Shown: one piece after another, positions 23,544-35,400 of the stretch | Layout of the letters: every line of letters begins with the position of its first letter | Position numbering within the stretch: position 1 is the first letter of the stretch | Source of the DNA: Eukaryota sp. GEM-RC1 | Taxonomy: Eukaryota | Reading direction: 5' to 3' | Length of the DNA: 64,000 nt | Assembly (NCBI GenBank): GCA_040285855.1 | Contig: JAUFOQ010000001.1 | Coordinates: 3,534,001 to 3,598,000 of the forward strand | Translations under genes and position numbers: made by a program | The notes under the pieces: model-generated | Told to the model about the DNA's origin: nothing | The model's database searches: none | Seen by the model: only the letters and a program-made list of their open reading frames with translations

Positions 23544-24842
23544 TTGGTTATGATGGACTACTGTTATCGAGATTCACCGGATCTCTTCGAAGACGGATCT
23601 CTATATCATCATTCACCCTGCCATATGTTACAAAAGACCTGGAAATTCGATACGTTTCTATGCTCTGGTGAGTTCAGTGATGTTACGCTGGTGGTAGACA
23701 ATGAAAGATACAATGTCCACAGAATCATTCTAGCCAACTATTCAGACTTCTTCCGTGCCCTCTTTCAAGGTCCTTGGCGAGAATCTACACAAAGTGAAGT
23801 TCACCTCAGCTGGCATGATGAGTATGGTATATTTCCCGATGTGCTGAAGTTTCTGTACACCAACGATATCCAGCTTTCTCCCAAAAGTGTCTTCACTGTT
23901 TTACTTGCCAGTAGTCACTTTCAAATAGAAGCGTTAACTCTCAGGTGTTCAGAGTTTATGGAGCGATCAGTTTCATGTGAAGTAGCCATTCCATTTATTC
24001 AAGTAGCAACCAAGTTCAATTTAAGCAATGTTGAAACCCGATGTCTTTCTATCCTGGGAGAAGCATTTGGTTCTCTTGTAGAGGAAGATCCCAGTGCATT
24101 CAATGTTCTAACTCTCCAACAACTGACCTGCTTGGTAGATCGAGAGGTGCTATACGCCAAGAACGAGTTACAAATAGCCCATGCAATTGCTAACTTCTGC
24201 CAACACAACAACCTCACAACCCAATCAATTAAGGAGTTGTTCTCTTTAGTTCGCTGGTTTCAGATCTCCGATGATGAACTCTTTGCCTTCCCCAAGTCTT
24301 GTCCTTTTATTCCCTCCGAATTCTTTGATCCGCTAATACAGAGCCGTCGAGTTCCTGAACTTTCAGCTACATACACAGTTGAACCACGCTTCTCTTGTGG
24401 CGCTCGTTTAGATTGGACAATTCCTTCCTTCTCATCTGTCTCTGCCAAGCAAATCAAGTCACCTCTCTTTGAAGATGTAAGAGGAAGAAGATGGCAGGTA
24501 GTTCTATATCCCAAAAGTACACAACGACCACAGTATACAAGTGTTTATCTATATGCTGAAAGAAGTGATGGGTTGGACCCTAGCGTTTGCCTTGAACCTG
24601 AAGGATCTTGGTTTAGATATGCTCGCTTTAAAATCAAAGTGATTGATCCTCAATCAGGATTAAGATTGTGGGGTTATGAAAGTGTTGGCCACCATTTTGA
24701 AAAAACAGATGAAAGCAATTCTCTTAATTGGGGATGGGAATGTTTCGCAAAGTTTGATTCAATGTTGCAGTACCTCAGAAATGATGTGCTGTATTTGAGG
24801 ATAGTCGTGGCCAGTCAAGAAATGTTTTGTGATGATGAATAG
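23544..24842 (+). CDS. BTB/POZ - BACK - MATH/TRAF domain protein
   Basis: FSDVTLVV..VHRIILANYSDFFRALF (BTB); KNELQI..LVRW (BACK); WTIPSFS..KSPLF..WQVVLYPK..SVYL..NWGWECF (MATH). Confidence 0.92.
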   Translation: MVMMDYCYRDSPDLFEDGSLYHHSPCHMLQKTWKFDTFLCSGEFSDVTLVVDNERYNVHRIILANYSDFFRALFQGPWRESTQSEVHLSWHDEYGIFPDVLKFLYTNDIQLSPKSVFTVLLASSHFQIEALTLRCSEFMERSVSCEVAIPFIQVATKFNLSNVETRCLSILGEAFGSLVEEDPSAFNVLTLQQLTCLVDREVLYAKNELQIAHAIANFCQHNNLTTQSIKELFSLVRWFQISDDELFAFPKSCPFIPSEFFDPLIQSRRVPELSATYTVEPRFSCGARLDWTIPSFSSVSAKQIKSPLFEDVRGRRWQVVLYPKSTQRPQYTSVYLYAERSDGLDPSVCLEPEGSWFRYARFKIKVIDPQSGLRLWGYESVGHHFEKTDESNSLNWGWECFAKFDSMLQYLRNDVLYLRIVVASQEMFCDDE

Positions 24843-25410
24843 TGTGTTTGTTTATAAAAGTTATTTTTGGTTTTCATTCCTGTGATTTACAAGTACTCTT
24901 GGAATTCAATGATGAGTGATGACGTGCAATTGGAACTATTGTTGATCCAGTAGGAGATTAATTTTCAATATTACTAGTCATATCAAGAGATACACAGTCT
25001 GGATTGGCAAAGATGTCTCTTACAGACTCGTAGGTAAGTGGATGTATCATCGAAAACTTCAATCTCTTGTGGTAAACAAACTGACTTTCAACAAAGGAAG
25101 CTTTGAATACAAAATCATACAGAGATTTCCGAATGTCAACAACAGTGTCAACGACAATCGGAAAAACAAATTGTCTTACAAAAACTGAGAATGTTTGTTA
25201 GTAACACATTCAGTAATTGAAACAATGTCAGATGTAGTATCAATTTGTGACAATTTGATACTTCATCTGTCCAGGAGAATATTTCAAATTATTTGTCCAA
25301 TCGTATGGATTCTGGGAAGATTTAATATTTTGCTCTTCACAGAATTTTTCTTCACCTTGTCTATCTTTGAACATAGATAACACAGATCTCTATATCATTC
25401 ACCCCGCCAC

Positions 25411-26632
25411 ATGTTACACAAGACATGGAAATTCGATACGTTTCTATGCTCTGGTGAGTTCAGTGATGTTACGCTGGTGGTAGACAATGAAAGATACAAT
25501 GTCCACAGAATCATTCTAGCCAACTATTCAGACTTCTTCCGTGCTCTCTTCCAAGATCCTGGCCGAGAATCTACACAAAGTGAAGTTCACCTCAGCTGGC
25601 ATGATGAACATGGTATATTTCCTGATGTGCTGAAGTTTCTCTACACCAACGATATTCAGCTTTCTCCCAAAAGTGTCTTCACTGTTTTGCTTGCCAGTAG
25701 TCACTTTCAAATAGAAGCGTTAACTCTCAGGTGTTCAGAGTTTATGGGGCGATCAGTTTCATGTGATTCAGCCATTTCATTTATTCAAGTAGCAACCAAG
25801 TTCAATTTAAGCAATGTTGAAACCCGTTGTCTTTTCTTTACTAGGAGAAGCATTTGGTTCCCTTGTAGAGGAAGATCCCAATGCATTCAATGTTCTAACT
25901 CTCCATCAACTGGCCTGCTTGGTAGATCGAGAACTTCTATACGCCAAGAACGAGTTACAAATAGCCCATGCAATTGCTAACTTCTGCCAACACAACAACC
26001 TCACAACCCAATCAATTAAGGAGTTGTTCTCTTTAGTTCGATGGTTTCAGATCTCCGATGATGAACTCTTTGCCTTCCCCAAGTCTTGTCCTTTTATTCC
26101 TTCTGAATTCTTTGATCCACTACTACTCCAACGTCAACTTCCTGAATTTTCAGCTACATTTACTGTTGAACCACGTTTCTCTTGTGGCGCTCGTTTAGAT
26201 TGGACAATTCCTTCCTTCTCATCTGTTTCCGTCAATCAAATCAAGTCACCTCTCTTTGAAGATGTAAGAGGAAGAAGATGGCAGGTAGTTCTATACCCCA
26301 AAAGTACACAACGACCACAGTATACCAGTGTTTATCTATATGCTGAGAGAAGTGATGGGTTGGACCCTAGCGTTTGCCTTGAACCTGAAGGATCTTGGTT
26401 TAGATATGCTCGCTTTAAAATCAAAGTAATTGACCCTCAATCAGGATTAAGATTGTGGGGTTATGAAAGTGTTGGCCACCATTTTGAAAAAACTGATGAA
26501 AGCAATTCTCTTAATTGGGGATGGGAATGTTTCGCAAAGTTTGATTCAATGTTGCAGTACCTCAGAAATGATGTGCTGTATTTGAGGATAGTCGTGGCCA
26601 GTCAAGAAATGTTTTGTGATGATGATTATTAG
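25411..26632 (+). CDS. Tandem paralog of the BTB-BACK-MATH gene (frameshift near 25835; error or pseudogene)
   Basis: Near-identical to 23544..24842; MATH region essentially identical at protein level. Confidence 0.85.
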
Positions 26633-27109
26633 GTTATGTATGCGTGTTGTTTTATCAGTTACATGTCTGGTTTTCATGTCGATTTTTTCAGAAACTCTGG
26701 GTGGTTAAAACCAAGGTCATTGTAAGATGACATAACCCAATTTTCAGAAAATGTCATACTCGTTGTTGACGTATTGAAGTTATGGCGGTCATGCCACAGC
26801 GCTGCTAGAAACAGATCATCAAAACTTCTGTACATTCTGGATCTTTACTCCATCCTTACCTATTCTTCTTCTTTTCCATTATGGGACGAAAGAAAAGATT
26901 ATCCATAAGTCAGATAGTGAAGGATTGACGGACTGACGTGAATTTACCATTAGTGCTTTAAATTAAAAAGTGTATATTTAAAAGTAGTATTTTTTAAGAA
27001 ATCTGATTGATCCTTAACATTGGAGTCCACCTCAACTCCAAAACACCAATTTATTTCTATTGACAACAACAATACAGTGTACATACATCTAATAATCAAT
27101 ATCCTCAAA

Positions 27110-28130
27110 GTCCAGATTGCCTATCAAAGAAATTCCATGTCGAAACATTTTGTCTTTAAAATTTGCTTTAAAGAAGCTACAAAAACATTTATTATTATAT
27201 TTTGAAAGTTTAGATTTTACGGTCCGTCTTAGCTCGGCCAAGGAAAAAAATCCAGCTTTCGCTAATTTTTTAATTGATTTAAAGGAGAGTTCTGCTGTGG
27301 CATTAATTAATCAAATTCCACAAGAATACGGTCTGTTATTAGATGATCATCAATGGACCAATACAATGAGACTTCGTTGTTATTCATGGCCATATAATTT
27401 ACCAAATGATCTTCAATGTAGCTGTGGAAAACAGCTAACGTTTTCTCATCTGTTAAGTTGTAATCGCTACATAACTTATCGAACGTGTATGTATGATGCT
27501 GTAAGAGATCAAATACATGTTATGTGTAAGTCTTACAAAATTGAGTCATTTGTTGAACCACTTCTAAGATCTTTAGAACCAAGTAATAATTGTAATGTCG
27601 AAAAACAGAACCAGTTTATTGGCAAACGGAGAGCAGATGTTGTTGTCCCTTCTTCTGCGGACAAATTGTTTGTTGTTGATGTAGTGTCAGTGGACGTTTG
27701 TAAAAAGACATCTTTAAAGAATGTTAACTCTAAAACTTCCCCTTTAGACATTTCTGAACAAGGCAAACAGGATAAGTACAAAGAACCATTGATGACACTA
27801 AAACATGTAAAACATGTTGAGTACGAATTATGCCCTTTGCAGTTTCAATTTATGGACGTTTAGGAAAATGTGCATTGAATTTTTTAAACGATTTCGGAAA
27901 AATCGTAAAAAATAGAATGAACAAACGTCTTGATCATATGTTATGGTTGAATGGGATCGTTTTTACTATTTTTAAAACAGTTCCCCTAATCATCTCCAAA
28001 GCTTTATTAGCTGTCAGTTCCTTTTATGAGGACAAAACTGTTGTAAGGTTTGATAGCGACGGGTGTTGTTTTAATGATATCAAATTTTAGTTGTTTGATC
28101 CATTACATTTATAATAAAATAAAAGATCTT
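27110..28130 (+). mobile_element. 5'-truncated CRE-like non-LTR retrotransposon: linker, zinc finger and restriction-like endonuclease
   Basis: MRLR..CSCG..HLLSC..DAVRD..RRADVV..VVDV..KQDKY..PFAVSIYGRLG; A-rich 3' end; no RT upstream. Confidence 0.85.
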
Positions 28131-28159
28131 AAAAAATGAAACACTCGACACAGAAAATT

Positions 28160-28480
28160 CCTGGTTAACAGTACCACAACTTTGTGATAATTGATTTAAG
28201 AAATAGGCATCGAGCAGAACAAAGAATAAATCAATCGGTTATGCCAAATTGATAAGTTAAATCTCTTATTCTGAGACTTACACATAGATCCAAAATCAGT
28301 TAAAAACTTGGAAGCCATTTCACCAGTACTACCGAAAATAGAAATAGCAAATGGAACAAATACAAATTTTGATTGAGCTTTGTAACATCTTTGGAATTCA
28401 AATAAAATTTACGTTTTTCAGCTGTTCCTAGGTGGGCGAAACCTTTTGGGGTTAAGCTGTTAACATAAGTTTGAGCACAT
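28160..28480 (-). mobile_element. CRE-like RLE 3' remnant
   Basis: DPCAQTYV..HLGTAEKRK..VPFAISIFGSTG. Confidence 0.7.
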
Positions 28481-29410
28481 GGATCTAACAAGTATATTTC
28501 AAAGCTTGGATTATAATGTTCGAGTCGGCATGGCCAATGAAAAAAAACCCACTTTTGCAAATTTCTTAATGGATGTTTCTAATCGCTCTGCTTCATGTCT
28601 GATTACTCAAATCCCTCAAGTCTACGGTCTATTTTTTGATGATAACTCTTGGTCATTAACATGCGTTTATGGTCATTTATTTGCCCTGATAACCTTCCAC
28701 ATAATTTGAAATGCCAATGTGGGCAATCTGTAACACCTACACATTTATTGAATTGTAACCGTTTTATTTCTTTTAGAAGTAAGGTTTACGATTCTGTAAG
28801 GGATCAATTATATTGTATGTGTAAATTTTATGGAATATTCTCCTTTTTAGAACCAGTTCTGGCTGATTTGCTCGATGATACCGATGTTGATAAATCGTTT
28901 GAAAATAGCCGGGTGATGTCATATTTCCTGGTCTTGATGGATCATTCATTATTGCTGATGTTATGTCTATCGACGTTTGTAATGATTCCAACAAGAAACT
29001 TGCTAAATCTAATGCCAAAAACCCTCTGTTGATTGGTGAATAATATAAAATAGAAAAATTTTGTGCTAAATTGAAATTATTGAATTCGGTTTCACACTCG
29101 AATTACTTGTTGTACCATTTGGTATTTTCACTGAACGGTTCTTTAGGTGAATCTGCAACATCATTACTTGAAATCTTTGTGAAGATTGTAAAAGAAAAAA
29201 CATCTAGGACTTTTGATCTTGGATTTTGGAAAAGTCGAATTGTGTTTGCCATCTTTAAAGGTATGGTGACTTCTGTATCTAGCGCTTTATTATCTCTTGG
29301 TAGATCGTATGAAGATAAGGTAGGTGATAATTTCCAGATAGGCAATCTGGACGTTGAGTATATTGATTATTAGATGTATATACAATGTAGTATTGTTGTC
29401 AATACAAACT
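28479..29410 (+). mobile_element. 5'-truncated CRE-like non-LTR element (second family)
   Basis: QIPQVYGL..MRL..CQCG..HLLNC..DSVRDQ..IADVMSIDVC..VFSLNGSLG. Confidence 0.85.
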
Positions 29411-30389
29411 ATAAGCTAAAAAAATTCAAGACTGAAACCAGTTAAGAGTATTTGTTGGTGACAGTATATGCTATTTAGATTGGTATCTGAGTGAAACGAC
29501 CTTCACGTCGATCCAAACATTGTACTTGTCACACACACCACGTTGTCGTCCCACTCTGTTCACGTGATTACCGTTAGACGAGCAGTCTGTTTTATCTACA
29601 TTCTGTTCCCACTCTTTTTGAACGTTTTGTATCAAAATCGAAAAAACCCTAAAACGACGTTTTTGATTTTCAACGGTTTGTACAAGCCTGTTGACTATTA
29701 GATGTATGTGTATTAGATACTGTTGTGTCGTTGTTGATACTGTCATCTTGATAGGTTGAATATTCAACAAATATACCATATTTAGGCTGAACATCGTACT
29801 TTAAACTTGTTCCGAGAAAGAACGAGGAGAATCCAGTCTAAAAACTGAACCGTATATTAATGTTGCGATGAGAATAAATCAGGTATAAATTGTCGTAGTA
29901 AAACAAAACCATAAATTAATTTAATGTAATAACAGAAAATATGTAAATAATATTTATTTATATACAGCATTACATGCGTAGAAAAGAGCTTTTTGACGTT
30001 GTATTTTCTGACGGAAAGGAGTTCGAAACTGCCAAAGCTATGAAAGTTTTGTGAAAGGGGTTCGAATGCGCTCGTTTTCGAGAAAGAAAATACAAATTCA
30101 CAATTGACGATTGTCTCGAGAGATTGCACATATGTGTTGTATGACAAAGACATGTTTAAAAACATGTGATATTGAACGCACGCAGTATAAACAGTTTTAA
30201 CAACATTTTTCCATGTTTGCGCTTCACGGATCTGAATGGATTTTGTGGGAAACCAAATACCTAGATTTATTTCCGTAGCTCTCAATTTAAAAACTACGGA
30301 AAACATAATTGGGGATTTTATGGGTGATAGAACTGTTTAGGACTTGGTCATTCAGCTTGACTTTGGCTTGAGTCGAGTCGACAGCTCTG

Positions 30390-30875
30390 AAGGAACAATC
30401 TGTTTTCAAACTTCTTTCATGCTACAATCACAATCAAAAAACCGATGTTTACGGCCTTCAGCTGTGTTAAAGCATTCTCCATGTCTTTGTGGTCGTTCCA
30501 AGGCTTAAAATTTTCATCAGTTAGTTAACTGTCATCAATTTATTCATTTTCGATCAATTATTCACAACAGTATCCGGGATACATGTTTGTATATGTTTAA
30601 GGCTAATGGTTTTCATGGAAAAATTGAACCTTTACTTGCTAATCTTTCTAATCAGCTTAACGCTGATAGAAGTCGTGGTGATTTGATTGGTACTTGGTTA
30701 TCTTGTCAGGAAACTATCATGTAATTCAAGATCAATTTCCAAAATTTTTGATGATGATTTTTCTGCTCTTGAAGTGGCTGAAAAAGGAGAAAATACAAAG
30801 TACTGTGATTTAATTAACCAATTGAACGTTGGCAGGTACGATTCTTTTGTGTTTCAACCGTTTTTAGTTTTCTGA
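30390..30875 (+). mobile_element. CRE-like RLE fragment
   Basis: RSIIHNSIRD..FKANGFHGKIEPLL..RGDL..LEVAEKG..KY. Confidence 0.7.
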
Positions 30876-31069
30876 CGAATTGCATTTTGTATATTACATG
30901 TATTACTACTATGGCTATTATAGTATTTTTATTGATGTTACTCAAGAAAAGTCGTTTTCTCACTTACTCTTAGTAAATATCATATAGCCTTTTGTTTTGT
31001 ATAACTCATTTTCCAATAGATTCTACACATTACTGTTAACATCTACAATATATATTCAAATACCAACAA

Positions 31070-32518
31070 TCAATCAACGATTTCCATGACGTGAGAAGAG
31101 TCATAAATAAAAAAAACAGGATAATAAACATCATCCACGTCATCAAAGTTCGTGATCACGTTTATTTATCCAGAATTGATTTCCTTGACTGAGAAAGTAT
31201 TATTCATCAGGTCAGCAGTTAATTCTAGTACATCACCAGTTTTCCACTTAGAAAATGATCCTGAAAGGTTCCCTTTGTGGAAGCTACAGATATACTTTGA
31301 ATTAGTCATGTCAAGTGGATCAGATGAAGACTTAAAGTACTTAAGTGGAACAATTCCAATACTTACACCATAAATACTGCTATTCTGATATCTAACTTTC
31401 CACTTATAAACACCTCCTTTCACCAAGGGTTTATCACCTAGAATTGAACGGTTACCACGACTTCCACTGAAGGAAATCCTCTTACCAGAGTTCGATATAA
31501 CAATATCAGAATGTTTATGCTGAGGAGAAAAAGACATTGGAGTGGAAGAGTTTCTTAACACTTCATTAACTTTCTCTAATTGATTAATCTTGTTCAAGAG
31601 AGCTTCATTATTTAATAGAAGAGAATCAAACTTTTGTTGATTCTCTAACTGAACGGAATCAAATTTCTGCTGCATGCTTTGATTTTCCAACAACTTAGAT
31701 TCCAATTCCTGTTGAATTTCAGCATTAACTTTTTGAATATGTTCTTTTCACTAACAAGTTGTTCAAAAAGTGAACTCGAAGACGTTCTTGATGAAATTTC
31801 ATCAAAACTTCCTTACAATTTTCAAATATTTCAAGAGGTTCAAGTAACAACTCATTCCAATCATTCCATTCAAACAAATCAATTTTGACCGAGTTCAAAA
31901 CACCTTCCAATTCTGAACAATCAAAGAATCTTCTTCTATTGACTTCACTAGACTTTTGACAAACCAGCAAAGACTTTCCTTTGGTCCACAAAAATCGTTC
32001 TCGTTAATAGAAACAAGAAAAGAAGTGGAAAGACGAAGAGGAGGAAATGAAGAGACTTTCTTAATGAAAGGACCTGCAAACAAAAGTGCACGAAGATCAT
32101 TCATTTTGTTGGCTTTTGAGATGAATGTAGACAAGTATTGGGAGTCTACGAGGGAAGAGTTGAGTGATGACGTGATTTGGGAAGATAGGGCATCACATTT
32201 AAAGTAGTGAGATATATAGAAGAGATCGTAGGCATTGTCTTTGGTGATCTCCGCATCTTGACCATAGAGAGAGCGGAAGAACGTGGTGAGAGAAGAGGGG
32301 GAAACAGGGAGATTGGAAAGATCTAAAGGGTTCTCGTGTTTGTCACTGAAGTCTAGGTGCCAGAGATCGTGGAAGAACTTGCAGTTGAGAGCAAGAACGT
32401 TACGGTTGACATGGAGAAGTTCATCGTTAAAGAGAATCTGTTGATCAGCAAGATCCTCGTTGAAGAGAAGATCTGCAAGTACTTTGGCTGGGGAGAATCC
32501 AAAAGGGGTTGAAGTCAT
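31070..32518 (-). pseudogene. BTB - coiled coil - SPRY/B30.2-like gene, probably pseudogenized
   Basis: BTB (NRNVLALNCKFFHDLW); SPRY-like SILGDKPLVKGGVYKWKV. In-frame TAA at 31166 where the paralog has TAT, plus two frameshifts. Confidence 0.8.
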
Positions 32519-32957
32519 GATCTAAGAAGAAAGATTACATATTCATGGTTTATTTGGTTTGTATCTAGAGAAGTTTCTTTTCCACCACCACCATTTGTTA
32601 GTGAAGATACGATTCGTCTACTTAGTACAACAGTACAGTGAAAGAATGGTTTTGTTTACAAACAGATCATTCTGTTGAAGTTTCTTTATTGAAAAGTAGA
32701 AATGATTACAATACACTGAACCAATCAATTGACCAATTAATTTCTACCAATGTGATAATTTCAAATCCTGAGTACAATAGTATGTCAATGAATTGTTGCA
32801 AATAAAGTTTTTAATAGATTAAACGTAAATCAACAGTTCAAATTAGAATCCATGAATAAGCTTCATCTTTTCGACAGTTTCACACTGAGAACGACCGTGT
32901 AGGATGATCAATTGGACAACATTAAACAGTGTAATAAGAATCAGGATCGTTTTTAAC

Positions 32958-34435
32958 TAGACCTGTGCAATCGACTCAAATAGTCGACTAAGTCGACTCC
33001 GCTACATCAGTCGAGTCGAATCGTAAAAAAATGCAGTTGACTCAAGTCATTTATTACGTTGCATCAAATTACCCTACATGTGGTTTATAGATATTATCTT
33101 CCATTAAATAGTTCAATACAGAATACTGAAACAACACCAATTGACTTTCGTCTTTGTGGTTAAATAATTGAGTGTAGTATACTAACAACGTTACTAAAAT
33201 ACATGTAATGCTCAATTGATTTCTGTTAAACCAGTTTCTTGTTTCTGCTCTTGGAACGTGTTTACCTCCAACAAAGACCTGTAGAATTCAGCTCTTTCTC
33301 CAGATGAGGAATCTACTCTCAATCAATGCCTAGAACTGCTTAAACCGTTCTTCGCTGTCACTGAAGCTATTTCGGGAGAATCATACCCCACCATGAGTTT
33401 TCTCGTTCTTTGGGTCAGGGATGTTAAAAAATATATTTAAATAAATAAATTATTGCGTGGGCTTGCAATAAATATATTGATATTGTGTGGGCTTGCAATA
33501 AATATATTGATATTGTCGGGCATCACAATAAATAAATATATTTATTGACAATATTATCTGCTGCAACTTTAGTACTGGTATAATGTAGAAAAACCGGACT
33601 TGTGATCAATCAGTGAAAAATTGCTATCGTAGTATAATCTATTCTTCATCTATTACATCCCCATCTTGGTGCAACAAATCTTGACAAGGATTGTGGAGGA
33701 GAATTCTTCGAACAGTCTCTTCATTCCAAAGTTGGGAGTTGTAGAGTACACATCCCCAAGGTTCAGTTCCGCGAGCAGAAGCAGGGCGAACAGGTTGTGG
33801 ATCAAGTAGCCGAAAGTAATGTTCAGCAACAAGTTTTGGTTTGATAGTCATCAAGAAAAAAAAGAACAACTAATTTTTTTAGCCATTCTGTTCCATGATG
33901 GTATGATCAACTGTTTGTATTCTTGGTTACAAAATTGAGACAGTACTGTACGAATTGAAATGAAGAAAGTTCGATATTTGCAAATGAAAACACAACAATT
34001 TGGCATGAAAATATATTGTCACAATATTGCAATATATTGCAATATTATTGCATATTGCGATTTGAGACAATAAATATATTGTTGACCCAGCTGCTGACAA
34101 TAAATAAAATAAAAATATATTTTTTACCATCCCTGCTTTGGGTGACGAAAATATTAGAGCATCTGTGTGTTTGCAGTCATGGAGCATCTTTCGTGGTGAT
34201 GAATTTGTGTTATAGCTACTTCAATACTTATAGACTGTATACTAATAGTTTTTCTTGTTTCCTGTTATAAAAAAAATCCTACATTTTGCATTTTTTCAGA
34301 CGAATAAGATTCAGTGATTGGGCTATAGTTACTGTCGCTACTCAATAGTCGACTTGAGTCGACTCAAAGCCGAGCCGAGTCGACTCAGATAAATTTCTAG
34401 TCGAGTCGAGTCGAGTTGAGTCGTGCACAGGTCTA
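32958..34435 (+). mobile_element. Non-autonomous hAT element with transposase remnant
   Basis: TIR tagacctgtgca/tgcacaggtcta; 8-bp TSD TTTTTAAC; (gagtc/gactc) subterminal repeats; LLKPFFAVTEAISGESYPTMS hAT motif. Confidence 0.95.
33416..34135. mobile_element. Nested non-autonomous hAT element with Ac-like CAGGGATG ends
   Basis: TIR cagggatg..aaaaaatatattt / aaatatattttttaccatccctg; 8-bp TSD CTTTGGGT (33408-15, 34136-43); tattgcaata-type subterminal repeats. Confidence 0.95.
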
Positions 34436-35029
34436 TTTTTAACAGATCGTACTGGAAGAGTATATTTGATGTTTTGATTTTTAAGTCAATGTATAGATAA
34501 TTCCATTTTGGACAAGTTGTATTGATGGTAACTACTTTTCGGAATTAGACAGTTCGCTTGATAATTTGGTTTATCAATCTTTATTTTTTTTTGCTGTTTT
34601 GCGGTTGTGTATTTTTTCCCGCACATAATTCCGTTTTGTGTAGAATCAGGATATTGATTATATGAGTGTTCAAATTTTACTTGGAATGTTAGATGAGTGG
34701 GGTGAGTGAAACACGGTAGGTTTTAATGCAGGCAACATATAAATGAAGTGCTGGCTCTCTCTCCTTCATCAAACAGCGGCGAATTTTGGACCTAATAAAG
34801 AGGATATTGAATATTACTACATGTAGTAGATGCACATACACTACAGTGTTGTTCTCAAATATTATTATTTTTAAAAAATATAGAATATGTATAGTAACTG
34901 TAACAAAAGTAAACAATTCTAGATTCTGGTACAGTCAAGCTCACAATCAGAGGAACCTATCTACTTCTCTTCAAGCACTGGTACGTTTCAAACCAGGCTC
35001 TTGACGTCCTCTTGAAAGAATGTAGACGA

Positions 35030-35400
35030 CAGACTCAAGCAAGTGACTCTGTTTTTCGAAATTAACCCCTAATCAGTTACCACCACAGTACTCAACTACT
35101 TCAACTACTTCAGTCCAAAAAGTGTAACTCCAACAGAGCCACAGAAATACAAGAAATCACTTCCAAACTTACCCAAGATTCTGAACCAACCAATCAGATC
35201 TTTTCTGTCACGGTCATTGAGGATGAAACTTGTCGTGAGCTTGCTCTCTTCATTGTATCTAACGGTCTTCCTTTTTCGACTGTGAATAAGCCAAAAACTA
35301 AAGTTAAGTACAATACACTTTCAAAATTTGCTCAATATCATCGATCTCGACAAGTAGAGAAAGATTTTATTGTGCTTACAAACCTTCATTTTTCAAAAGA
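35030..35400 (+). mobile_element. hAT transposase N-terminal remnant
   Basis: ELALFIVSNGLPFSTVNKP matches the hAT A.FI...LPFS.V motif. Confidence 0.55.
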
